Assembly (NCBI RefSeq): GCF_000181795.1
Contig: NW_003526945.1
Coordinates: forward strand, 6,226,394-6,290,393
Length of the DNA stretch: 64,000 nucleotides
Direction: 5' to 3'
Source of the DNA: Trichinella spiralis
Lineage: Eukaryota
This document shows, one piece after another, positions 1 to 12,958 of the stretch. The notes under the pieces were generated by a model that was not told the DNA's origin, did not search any database, and saw only the letters and a program-made list of their open reading frames with translations. The position numbers and the translations under genes are program-made. Each line of letters begins with the position of its first letter. Position 1 is the stretch's first letter.

Positions 1-2218
1 ATCTTTAAAGTGGAACATTCCATGTTGATACCTTTTATGGTATCGAATCGTGGCGACCTGGTGGTATCAAACAGTAACATATCTCTGGACATTTTTTAAA
101 ATACAAATGTCTTGCATAGATGACAACTGGCATCACGTATACCACATATTGTGCTTCATCACCAATTCGTAAAACTTCATAACGATGACGAAGATTGCAA
201 TTTTCAACTGATCTAGTCCAAATTGCTTCGATTCGCAAAATGCTTTCAATAATTCCATTTTTAGCCACAACAGAAAGTATGATATTGTTTGATCTTTTCT
301 TCCGTTTCACTTGGAAAAATTCCTCCTTAGAAAGAGTTGCACTGTTTGTGCTGATTTTGACAATCAACTTCGCGCCTAATAGCAGCGTTTCAGAGCAATC
401 ATATTGGGCACAATACTTCTTTTTCATCCCATGCAAAAAATTACCAAGCACAGGAAGGTCCTGATACCACACCCGGTTGAGGGATATGTGAGCAACGAAA
501 ATTTTGATTGTTTGATCTTTTCTTCCGCATCACTTGGAAAAATTCCTCCTTAGAAAGAGTTGCACTGTCCGCGTAGGGTGTATTGTAATACCTTGCGTGA
601 TCATGATAAGACAGTCAACTTCGCCCGTAGTAACAGCGTTGCAGAGCAATCATATTGGGCACAGTACTTCTTTTTCTTCCCATGCAGAGACTTAGCATGC
701 AGAGGAAAGTCCTGATACCACCCACAATCGGTCGAGGGATGTGTGAGCAACGAAAATTTAGAATCATGAGTTGTTGGCATTGTTCATAACAACGTCATAA
801 ATGATGACTTTTATCAACTATACCATATTCTGCTGGATTTGCGAAATCGGCAGATTCGGGACGGATTCAAACTGAAACTGATGCAATCCAATTGTTGATG
901 ATTTATAACAGACGTATGAAACGCACTGATATTTTTGTTATCTGTCATCAATTTCATCAATAGCTGTAAAGTAACGGAAACCGTGGAGTCCATGGTCGGA
1001 AATAATTTTAGCGGTCTATCCGTCCGTTTTAAGCTTATAACCAGCCATAACAACTGTTGATACTCGGGATGAGAGAAGAAACAGCAAACGTTCTCGAAAG
1101 TTCACTTTAGATGGATGCAGCCCGCTGTCTACTCATTAATATCGTTTCCAGCTTCTTTCAGTCAGTTCTTCTGGAAGTTTGATTTCCCTTGCCATAGACA
1201 ATGGAAAGATCTAGAAAATGAAAAACCAACAAGTGTTAAAATAAAAATCTGAAATGAATGAATGAATAAATAATAAATGAAAACATTACCAACATTTATC
1301 CCAATAATATAACATTTGTTAACGCTGATAAATGAGATTTCAGTTGCTTTCCAGGTTTCAAAATTGAATCAGACATGAAGCGCCAACATCAAACGACTCT
1401 AATGTTAATTGATGTTGGAATACAATTTTTTCTGAGAAAGGAAAATTTATGAACTTCGATCTCGTCTTCGGTGAAATCAAAGTGATTCCACACATTTCTT
1501 CGTACTGTACATCTATAAACGAAATGCAAACAATAATAATAAATCTCTAAAATCAAAAATTGAAACTAAACTGTTATAAGCAAATTTTCCACTGTAAAAT
1601 TTACAAGGAAGAATAGAAAATTATCTTACTTTGCGAATGCAGGTTGAAAGAATAGGAAATATTAAACATAATTCCATATCTCAAATTCTTGCTTCACGTT
1701 CATAACTGCGCCCATTTTCGTATGCCTAGCATTTGAACAAAATCAATTGTTTTCCCATCAGTAGTTCTGACATGACGTCATTCTGAATTTTGACCACAAC
1801 CTTCAACAAATAGCTGAGCTTTGAGACTGCAAGCTATGATGCTCCTTTCGTCTTCACCCTTCTTTCAACTTTTTCGTCTTTATTACAAATCGGCTACGAC
1901 GTTATCTTTGTAGAACCCACTTGCATTTCATTTCATGGATGCTACCAAAATTACAACTCGTCTTCTACGTTCTGTCGTTCATACAATTCCATGATGCTTC
2001 CAAATTCATAAAATGCACGCATACTCTATTGTGCTGGACAGAGAGAAATAGAAGTGATTCAACTTTTCTTTCAACAGATCTTTCTCATTAGTTTCTCCAT
2101 GTTAACAGACATTTCGGATCGGTTCACAGCTCTTAAAGTAAAAATTCTTTGAGAGAAATTATCCAATGTCGATAGAATCATCATCTGCCAATGTGCTATT
2201 GCTTAACAAACGCTTCAT
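1..2218 (-). pseudogene. Decayed multi-exon gene of unknown family; extent approximate and may continue off the window start
   Basis: Minus-strand splice signals are intact: donor GTAAG near 1629, acceptor TTTATAG near 1513, donor GTAATG near 1289, acceptor TTTTCTAG near 1211. The frames I translated in the exon-like blocks contain stops or frameshifts. Protein-like fragments survive (WYQDLP..HGMKKKYCAQYDCS; CPEICYCLIPP). Confidence 0.45.
285..762. repeat. Imperfect tandem duplication, two copies (about 285-507 and 508-762)
   Basis: Both copies start TTGTTTGATCTTTTCTTCCG..TCACTTGGAAAAATTCCTCCTTAGAAAGAGTTGCACTGT and end GAGGGAT.TGTGAGCAACGAAAATTT. Copy 2 carries an extra segment of about 30 bp. 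Confidence 0.95.
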
Positions 2219-3906
2219 TTATAATTCAGCCTATCATACTCTCTGAAATTATATTTCCAAGCCTTAATGATGTCACTTGAAAAAGTACTAAACAGCACCC
2301 GTCACACAACAGTGAATGTGTTGGTCCATTAGCTGTGTTGTAAAGACATAGCTTTACAGTCTATTAAAGTTTTCAGGTATTAATCATGTAACGGTAAGTA
2401 ACTATGAACAAATAAAAATATTTTTTAAATTCCACTAACATGCAACTTATTTTCAATCTCATTAACAAGACAGAACTTTAGGGCATCGCATTTAAATATA
2501 TGGGCATTTTTATTGTAGACATGCTCCTGAATAACTGTAGCGTACAGAAAGCCTTTGTTACTACTGATGTTCAGGTTCTTCTGGCGAATCGAGCGGTGGA
2601 ATAAATCACCGTCTAGAAGAGTATAGATAAAGAGTGAACGAAACAACAGATTTTTGGATTAAAATGTTAATTATGATAAAGCAACACAACAAAATCGATC
2701 GACCACCCAATAGCCCTTGATGCAGAGTATTTCTTTTTGCAACCATTCTACTGACCAGTGCTCTGCGCACTTAACAAACAAACAAATTCTTCTCAGAATG
2801 CCGTTCACAGCAGATGCATTTAGGTGTTTCGCGCAGCCAGTTTCTTTGTTCCTTTGATCAATTTTTAGTACTTAAACAATGTTGCATTTTTTTGTTTTGC
2901 TACGTGAATATGATGTTCAGGTTCAGTGCAAAGCTATAATTACACGTAATCAGTAATGGTATGATAATGGAACCGTAAAAAGAATATACTAAGCGCTAAC
3001 AGATTTGGCACTTGTTTGTTTTTTTCGAAGCATAAATATTCATTCTGAAAGCAATGTTTACCTGTTGAATATACATCTAAAAAGGCATATTTAGACAGAA
3101 CCTCATCTAGTAATCACGCCAGTGGTTGGTAACGAAAATATCGATAGTACTGTTTTTTATTACTCATTACAGACATGGCGACGCATTCAACAGAAATGAA
3201 AAACTTACAGCACGCTTTTCATGCTGAAACAGCGGATGACGATGGTGATGACTTCAGCTTTGGGATTTGATCGAGTTGTTGTATTTTTATGATAATGGGG
3301 TTATAAAAGACGATGATGGGCATGCTGAACAGTAGCTTACAAGGAGTACAATTCGATCTATGTAATTTTTTGTATATAAAGCTATTAGTATAATTAGAAA
3401 CAAATTTGTTCTTTTTTTTCATGTTTACAAATAAGAAGAGATTACATTAAATTGAAATTCAGTTTTAAGTGGTTTGTGACTTTTTCAGTGCACATCTCAC
3501 AGTAGAAAATACTCGTAATACATTTATTCTATATTATTATTAATATTACTAAGCCTATCATTCAATTCAATATTGTAATTACCTGAATTATAAGTTTACA
3601 CATAAATGGAATTATAAGTTTACACAAAGAATCATTTAAGGAAAATTACTAATATATAAATGAAAAATAATATTATAAAAACAATTTCAATAGCAATCTT
3701 TTTATTAGAATAATTATGCGCCATTGCTTATGTAGAATCATACAGATGAAGCTGAACAATATTTTATTAAAAATTAAGTTCAATAATACAGTATGCTTTG
3801 ATCGAAGTTATAATTTTAAAATGATGCACGTAATGTAAGTTAATCAATGAACTAATAAATAATTGTTAGTTCAAAGTGAGTAACATGGATTAAATACACA
3901 CATATT

Positions 3907-4564
3907 TTAAGGTTCCTCGCATTCCTCAGACGAGTCAGACATAATCTGCAGAAATTCCATCAACAATGTATTAAAACAAGGCGTTCCCCGCATGGACCAT
4001 AGCAGAAGGACAGCGGGACAAATATGGGATACTTCACGATCACAATCTATTTCGCCACCTAACACTCCATTTTGAGATTCATCCATATTTTCATCCGCCT
4101 GTTCATTGGTGGCTTCACACGCTGTATCATACATCACTTGTGCTTCGTTACGGCTACTGGACTGTTCATTTCCATCGGACGACCCTTCAAATACGCCTTC
4201 GTTCACCTTATCCGCATTGATATTTCTAACAGATTCTCCAACTTTTTTCTCTTCATCAAGCATGGAACGTTGTCGACTTCCACTGACCATCATCAGTTCA
4301 CTTTCATTTCCAATCACACTGTTCGAATCATTGTTCTCAGCATTGGTTTCCATTGCTTGTTCATCCTGGCTGGTCTCTTCAATATCCGCATTCGGCTTAA
4401 CCTGCTTCTCACAATCTTTCAGTTGGTCATCATCCAACTTCAGCTTTTTCCAAGCAACCTCGTTAAACTGAATTAAAAACAAACAAATTATTAAAATTAT
4501 TTTCAAATTACACGTCAATATTTGAAAAGTTTACCGTTTCTTGGTGGTTGCCGGTCCTCTCCAT
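3907..4564 (-). CDS. Hypothetical acidic, low-complexity (E/D/N/S-rich) protein; at least 2 exons (4564-4535, 4467-3907)
   Basis: ATG at 4564 gives MERTGNHQET, followed by a GTAAAC donor, a 67-nt intron and a TTAATTCAG acceptor that joins in frame to FNEVAWKKLKLDDDQ.. of the 203-aa ORF. A further intron at about 4032-3946 is possible. Confidence 0.6.
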
Positions 4565-5129
4565 TTTCTCGTTGTTTTCTACAGATTAAAGAGATTGAGT
4601 GCTTTACTATGCGCTCAGGTTGACGACACGCGTTAAACTGAAGTTGAAATTTTCAACGCTGCCTTTATGTCTGTTGCATTTTAAAGTGAACATTACTGTA
4701 AAACTTTAAACTGCAATTGTTATGCGGCGAAGCACCATTCCTGATCATCACTAATGAAAAGTAATTCGCACCTACCATTTTCTTGAATAGTCAGAAATGA
4801 ATTTCAGTTATTCATGTAGGAATTTTTAAAATATTCTTCGATCATTATTACGCTTTTCTACTTTTCCATATGAATATTAAGTTGTGGTATCAGATTTGAA
4901 TGATCATTTCGTATTATTCTTCCTAATTTTATTGAAAAACAAGCGTATCTTGAATTTTAGTATACTAGTTACTTTGAAAAATGCATGTTTTGTGGTAGTG
5001 CTATTGTTGCTTTTATTTACAAGTAACAGTTAGAGTTAATTGAAAATGCATTCTGAATTTAAATTTAATAGCAATGATGTGAATTCGAATCTTAATTCAA
5101 ATTATCATTATGTGTAGCCTATTTTCATG

Positions 5130-5920
5130 CTTAAACAAATTCACGGTTACATCAAGGATACCACCAGGATACAGTGGTTCCCAAAGTGCGGTCCATGGAG
5201 GCATTTCTGGATATCCACGGAGACATTCTCAGATGTCCACTCCTTCATTTTCTTTAATTTCACTTGGAATTGCTAAGAACTGTCTGACATAACGCGCCAC
5301 GTCGATGCTTCACTTACACATTCAGTTCATTCTATTCAATATAACAACTACTCTGGAACGCCTCAGATAAGCAACCCCTTGTAAATTGTTGTTCTTCACT
5401 ATCATACTGTTGATTTGTAATGGATCAACCACTTATTTCCATGGAAGCGGAACTTCATCAAAAATTCCAGACATTTCGTATAAACTCAAACCTGTGATAC
5501 AGTTGCCCTTCAGCATTCCCGTTTGGGTGGTATCGGGAATGCTGAATTTGCGCGAATATTTGCCGCTTCTATCATCCAATCCTTGCCGCGAATGACGCGA
5601 TCCTCTGTTTCATATTCCCTGCCTCTGATGCCATCCTTATAGTTGTATGCAACTGCCTGAAAGCTGCATAGGATATCATAGAACCTCTCCCATAGATTTG
5701 GATGTTTAGTATTTATCCCACATTTGCTTTTTTCATTCATTCGACTGAGTGCATAACAGTCTGTCTATAAGTTTCTGCATTCAAGATTGCCAGAAGTGGA
5801 TGGACTGTCGGGTGCATCTTTTTTAAAGAGCTTTGCTATATGGAAAGTTGTTTTTTCCTTTTTTTCATTTTTTCCAAAATTCTCTCCGACTCATAACGTA
5901 CATAGTCATAAAACGACGCT
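5130..5920 (-). mobile_element. Possible highly degenerate LTR-retrotransposon pol relic (RNase H / integrase region)
   Basis: Stop-interrupted peptides occur in pol order: 'LKKMHPTVHPLLAILN' (compare TDHKPLLAI), 'SIDVARYVRQ' (compare integrase Zn-finger DVxxYVRxC) and 'PEMPPW'. Weak similarity judged by eye; no LTRs seen. Confidence 0.25.
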
Positions 5921-8251
5921 CAGTATGATTAGTAATAAAACCACTGCTTAGCACACTAGCATTGTGCATAAACAGCATGCAGGCATAGACCATTGTACGC
6001 GACTACAGTTGCATCACGCATTACGTATTCACTCAAATTTTGCTCTATTCTCACCTTGTGTTGCACTGCGCTTGCTTGGGAGAGCGCACGTTCTGCGCTT
6101 CCAGATATGTCTAGACGAGTTGCCAAGCTTGCCATCAATTTAGGAATCGTGTGACCGCAGTTGACGTGAACTAATAACCGCTTGTTCGCAGCGACCATTT
6201 TTGCTTTGCCTTAATTTTCATTTATCTTTTTCATCTTTACAACAGTAGCGGTTAGTTAGGACTCCAAATTTGGGTAAAGGCGTTATCGCTGCATTCGGCT
6301 TTTCGATTTACGTCATTTTCACCATTGCTCTGAAAGAGGTTATTCGTTAATTGTCATCAACGCAGTGGAAACAGAAGTAGAGTTTTCGTTCACTCCGCTT
6401 CTTCCAGTAATATCAGTCACCTACTTTATTACAAATCTAAGAATAATCCAATCCGTGACCTAAACTGTTCTAAACTGACTGTATAGATAATAGGCAAACA
6501 AAAAACCGAGTGCAACAGATCATATTTATCACAAGGTTGTTACTTACGAATTCAATTTGAAATCTGCTTTCGAAATGAGACACTAAAATTCAAAAACAAG
6601 TGTAATGCTTCAATATTTCATACACATCCATTGTAAACTTACAATTGCTCATTGTTGCATAATTGTGGCACCTCATATAATTATATATAAGATCATAAGA
6701 TGCTGCATTTGAATATTGTGCATAAAGATCAACAACAAATATGCGCATACAGTAAGTTGCTGTTTATTGATATTTTCGTCGTTTATGCATATTATATTTC
6801 TTTGGAGTACGGCAGTTTGATGCTGCACTTGTATGTGCAATAATATTGAATAGTTTGTTCGCTTGTTTTTCGTTTTCTTGTTCCAACAACCGATAAAGTC
6901 ATTTGATGATAATAATAATAATAATGATTTGATGAACGATTTGAAAAATAATCTCAGTATGTAAAATTTGAAAAAAAAACGCTGCTTGTTCAGTGAAAAG
7001 AATAGAAAAGAAAGATCAGTGAGATCAACTGGTACTAGCACTGCTCCACGACGACTACTAGTAGTAGTTGTGGGATTGACCAATCCGATTCGTGATGCAT
7101 TCGTGGAAGATGTAGTAACATTTGCAAGATGAATAGAAATAATAAAATTGTTCAATTAATGCGTGCTGTTTTGTCTGTTTGCTTATTATTAGCGGCAACA
7201 GCAACAACTGCAACGATGCAGTTATTCGTTGGCTTCACCGACCGATTAGAGATTGATTCAACGGGATTAATTTTCACAAAAGTGAATGAAAGTGAAAATT
7301 TATTCTTTTCGCTCTATCTCTTCTGGCAGTAGAGTTCACAAAACCGAGCTCTCCACGTTCAACTAACTGCCTCGTCTATTGGCAGAGAAGAACATTTTTC
7401 TCTTCAGCTTAAACCATGACGACAAAACTGTCTGTCATCATGTATGACAATAATGAAGATTTTCTTTTCTTTATCTCACAATCCCCTCGCTCGATTAATC
7501 GCAAGGAAATAAAAATAATTGTCAGAGAAAAAGCATAAAAATAAATAAATAACAACATGAGAGGATGTCAGAGGATTTGAATAATTCAAAGAAAAAAGAT
7601 AAAGAAAAATAAAATTAATAAATAAAAGATAATAATAATAGGAGATTATAAACAAAATTGTAATAAAAGAAATATAGCAACCGGCCAAATCCCGAAGCAA
7701 CAACGGCAAAACAACAACAACAACTGGACACCCATCGAAACAAAAGGGGCTACTTGTTGGTTGTCTGCTTCTTCTATATACTGCTGCTTGCTGCTAACAG
7801 AAAAAAAAACAAATCAACCCCTCTCCAAGCCAAGTGTAGAAATGGAAAAATAGCCAGTGACCAGTGATGAAAATAGAAATAATAATAATAATAATAAACA
7901 GTGTGCTTCAAGAGAATAATAATAATAATGATGATGATGATGATGATGATGAAAAATTCGATGCAAGTGTTAGGAGAATAATTTTGAAAACAAAATAACA
8001 AAAAAGAAGTACAATAAAGGCTGTGTGTGTGTGGTGTGTGTATGTAGACTTCGGGCACAAACTAGACGGCACTGTATTTTCAAATGACAGTGTACAGTAA
8101 GTTATGTATAAAAGGTAAAAATAAAAAATATTAATAATAAATAGTAATTAATTAAAGATCGTTGAAGAGAAAACCAAAAGAAGAAGGAGAAGAGGCCGGT
8201 AAAGGATAGTTGAAAATAAATGATAAGACGATGGAAATGGAGATGTAAAAA

Positions 8252-11200
8252 TTATAATGGCTTTTGTTCGACCTGCGCAATCACACCGAGCGGATCATAA
8301 ACACCGTTGCACTCTGAATAGTGATAAAGCACTGGAGACGTGGAACGACGGTTCGACCCCTTCAATACTGTATAGACGTTGTCCGCAGTGGCCAGTTTGT
8401 CCAACAAAGGAAGCAAATCCAACAACTCTGTGTCATGCAAATCATCGAACCAAGACTGCACAGGAACCTTAAATGAAATGCGTGTTTTTCTTCTTCTGCT
8501 TTGCTTTCGTCAATACAAAAATTTCATTCTTATCATTACTGATAATAGTAATATTATGGGGAAAAAAATTTCGATATTAAAATATACGTACAGCATTGTC
8601 CGGATGAAAGGCATACGATGCAGGTGAATTGTCCACAATGAGCACGTGCTTCAAATCGCGCCCCAGCCGATTCAAGTCCTAAGAACAAACAAACAAACAA
8701 ACAAACAATAAATAAATAAATACGATAATAATGAACGGAAAACTCACTTTTACATAATTGCCTTTGTGAAACACGCACGCTTCACGAAACAGTCGAGACC
8801 GGAACACACCCCACCGGTCCAGCAAGTCTGCAACCGGATCCGCGTACTTAAAAATAAACAACCCATACAGCTTATTAATATATATATATATATACGGAAA
8901 ATCATTTTATCCAAGAAACAAACAACAACAACAACAATAGCTACTATTACTACTACTGCTATTACAACTAACTAACTAACCTTTGCCAGACTAGCAGTAA
9001 AAAGAATGCACTCAAAATTGGCGCTAATCTGCTGCAAAAACTCGTCAACGTACGGACGTTTGAGAACGTATACCTGAAAACAATGGATAAATTTTTGAAA
9101 AAAAAAAGAAATTTTTTGAAATAATTAATAAATTCCCAAAGAAACAACAGCTCGCTCACCTGATGAACGACACCGTCAATTTCAACAGGAATTACAAAAT
9201 CTGGATTCTTCACAGGCTATGGAATTTCAGCAACAACAAAAAAGTAGTTATTATTTTTTCCAAATTAGCATAATAAAATAAATCAAAAACCTTGAAAGAA
9301 CTGTGAACGAGCGTTTCGTCAAGATCAACAATAAGACACTTTTTGTTCACGTCACTGGGATGCACTGGAGGCAATAGCAGCCTCTCGGACGACGACTGCG
9401 AAAAAAAACAACAACAAAATTAATTAATTAATTAATTAGTTTGTTTAATATCATCGTGGCGATTGGAAAAATATTTTTGGAAAAAATTAAGAAAAAAAAA
9501 AACATACCGCGTGCACATTATTTTCGGAATGCCTGGACGTGAAGTGGCTGTTTTGAAATTCCGACTGCAACGGGGCGGCGCTTTCGACCGGCTTCAAGCC
9601 GAAACAGCAGAACAATCCACGAAACACCTTCGGTACCCGCAACTTCCTTTCCACCACTTCGCAACGATTTTTCTCTAAACCAGCGAAACAAAAAAAAATA
9701 TGCATATATAAAAATAGCCCCACCCCTCTCCACAACCGCCAATCAATTGGTAAAATTCTTCAACGAATAATAAAGTACTCACACAAAAAAATGGAACTGA
9801 ACCGAACAAAAGAAAAGACAGATAATTCAAAAATTTTCACAAAACGTGCACTAGAAGTAGAAGATGTTGTTGGCAGAATTTTCGGTATAAATGCTAAGGT
9901 AGGGTAAAATTGAATTTTCAACTGCTTGACAAAACAGCAATCGATCAACAACCGCAACAGCTGCAGGAAGCAAACGCGGCTGCTTCACTTCAAACTCTAC
10001 TCTCACACAAGGCGCACAATTTGAAATAAACGTCAGAAATTTCGAAAACCTACTCAAATAGTTTTCCTTTCCCAAATACACAACCCCATCCGATCAGTTT
10101 TAGGTTGGATTCTTGTCGATCATTTTCAAAAGCAAAATTCTACTCACTCCTTCAATCAAAATAAATATTAAAATAAATTACTGAACACACTATATATTAT
10201 TAATTATTGGACTTTTTCACTGGTGGTAAATCCCAAAACACCATTAATTTCGATAACAATCAGTGAACTCTAATCCTGGAATAATGGGAAAAAATGAACT
10301 AATGAATACAGTAAAGCAGTGCACAAATAAGCATACAGACGACAACAACAACAACAGCGTACGGGATTGAAAAAAAAACAGCTCAAGTTGAGCACAGAAA
10401 TGAGGAAGAAATTTTGGCTTCATGAACACAGACGAACTGCAATATAATAAAGAAAATAATAAGAACTTGATTAAATTGTGAATAGAAGAAAAAAAGTCGA
10501 AAGAGAACGAAAGTCAACCTGAACAACAATAACAATGATAATAATAATAATAATTTCACAGATGGAAACTGAAAGAATAGAACTAAATGTGAATCGAACA
10601 ACAACACATTGATTTATTTACTGGAAAAAATAAAATTCTTCAATAATAACTGAAATTATGTACCAATTTTTACTCGCATTTCTTTCCATTAGTGAACGTG
10701 TAATTCTGTCCGCAGGTGCTGCAACGAAAAATACTCAAAAAACAACAACGACAATTTGGATGATATTCTGCTATTTGTTGTTACTACCACCTACTACTGC
10801 TAGTATCAATATGAATATATTAATATAATTACTGTTACTACCTCTGCTGCTGCTGCCCGAAGCCAAACAACTAACAGACACCAAACGCGCCCAGTTTCAC
10901 CGGCACATAATCGACGAAATAAACAAAGCATTTTTCAAACAACCAGATTTTACAGAAACAAAAACCAGCGTACGTACATAGCGCAGTTTGAAAAATCAAG
11001 CAGCGGCCAGTCAAAAGCCACTTCTCGACGGTAATTAAGACAGCGTGAAAATTGTTGGCAAATTTTAAAAAGCTGCGTACAATAAATACGTCAAACCAGC
11101 CCAGCCTGCTGTAAAGCGGGCGGGCGTGTCCCCAAAGGCCGAAAAATTGAATACTGAACAACAACAACAACAACAACAACAGCATGAAAAATAAAATCGA

Positions 11201-12894
11201 CCAGCTCCGATGACTACTACTAGTAGCTTGGCTTACAAGTGGTCAGATTTTCCATTCGACCGCTACAAAAATCAATCGTCACACAAACAACGCTGTCGTT
11301 CAATTGAAATTTAATTCTACATCGCTGGTTCGATATTTTGCACAAAAGAAAAACCCTCTTCCAACCTCCGGACACCAATTTACTACTGTAACCAACGAAC
11401 CATACTGTACGATTTGGTTTTTTCTTTGATTTTGTTAATTCAAAACAATTTATAGTAAAGGATGAAAAAAAAATTTTCTTTATCCATTTCAAATTCTGCA
11501 TTTGCACTTTACAAAAAAAATTAAAAAAAAAATATTTTTTTTAATACCAAAAAAAAATTCTCAACTACAGTAAGCTACAATAAATAGTTCAAGTACAAAA
11601 GAACGAAAAATTAACTCATCAATTAATTAAACGGAAAATTCCTTTCTGTTGACCTACAAAAAAAAACATATCGCAAAATCAGCTGCATTGAAATTCAATT
11701 CTACGCTTTGAATGCAACAAACTGTGTTTGCCAAAATGTTGACACACGTTGAAAGCTGTCGATGACTCACAATTGAAAAATAGACAATTATTATGATTAG
11801 TCGCTTATTTGTTGCTTAACAATTTTACAAGTGTTGAAAAGTCCAAAATCACGTCAAACAGCAACAACAACAACAACAACAAGTGTCAAAGTTGCAAAAT
11901 AGAAATTGTCAATATGAATTGTTCGTTTGATTGGAAAAATGTGAAAATTTATTCACAACTTTCATTATAAGATTATAATTGAAAATTGCATTTCAAATAC
12001 TGCCAAATCAACACTTACTGGTGGTGCGCCTATTTTGAAAAAAAGGCCAAAGAACTCGAACCGGACCGGCTGTATTATTAGTATTATTATTGTTGTTGTT
12101 GTTATTAGCTGCAGCAGAAGTAGCTTGAACGTAACGACGACGCCTGGGCTTCCTGCGCAGACGTCTTCTACAACTGCGTTGCCAGTAGAAAATAATCCCG
12201 GATCGACGATCCTCGTAACGATGCCAGCGATCCAACTGGCGCCCAGGTTCCAAATGCAAGCCACGCCGACCGACGTGACGTCGACCACGACCCCTGACGT
12301 GGACGACCATCGACGACCGACGCCCCAACGCCAACGCTGTCCGGACTCGTCGACCGGCCACTGGCCGGCGGTAATTGTTCACAATCCGTACACGGCCCAG
12401 TCGAACTCGACAAAACGGACCACTGACCAATGTCCACAGAAGACGAACCGAAGAGCCGTCGACGACAGACAGCACGTTTCAAATCAAATCACCAACACTC
12501 GTGATCACACAACAAACAATGACATTTTAGCAGTTATTGAAAATATCTACTGATAGATGATAAATAATCATAATCATAACGACGACCACATCGACGACAA
12601 CCTTCTTCTTCTTCTTCTTTTCACTTCTTTATTTACAACTGATATTTCTATTAAAAACTTTCTCTTCTTCTTCTTCAGAACTACCCAATCCCCTATGACG
12701 ACCATCAAAACGACAACGACGACACAACCAGACCGCTGTCACACATGCACACGTGTGTGACGTCACCATGCGCGCATGACATACGTATGCAAACAACACA
12801 ACTCTTATTATTATTATTATTATAATCGACTCTCTCTCTCGCTCTCTTTCTTTCTCTATACATCCATCTACACATACATATAGATATATATATA

Positions 12895-12958
<64 letters not shown>

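Noticed and set aside
2300..3280. Plus-strand splice-like signals and a 31-codon ORF (MATHSTEMK..) near 3175
   Set aside because: The candidate exons do not join into an open frame; at most a non-coding transcript, which I cannot support.
3946..4032. Possible U12-type intron (GTATCCC donor)
   Set aside because: The donor deviates from GTATCCTT and no TCCTTAAC branch site is present. The segment is also open in frame.
12035..12553. 172-aa Thr/Pro-rich plus-strand ORF
   Set aside because: It starts at TTG and is the antisense shadow of the GC-rich minus-strand exon, which has the proper donor and phase.
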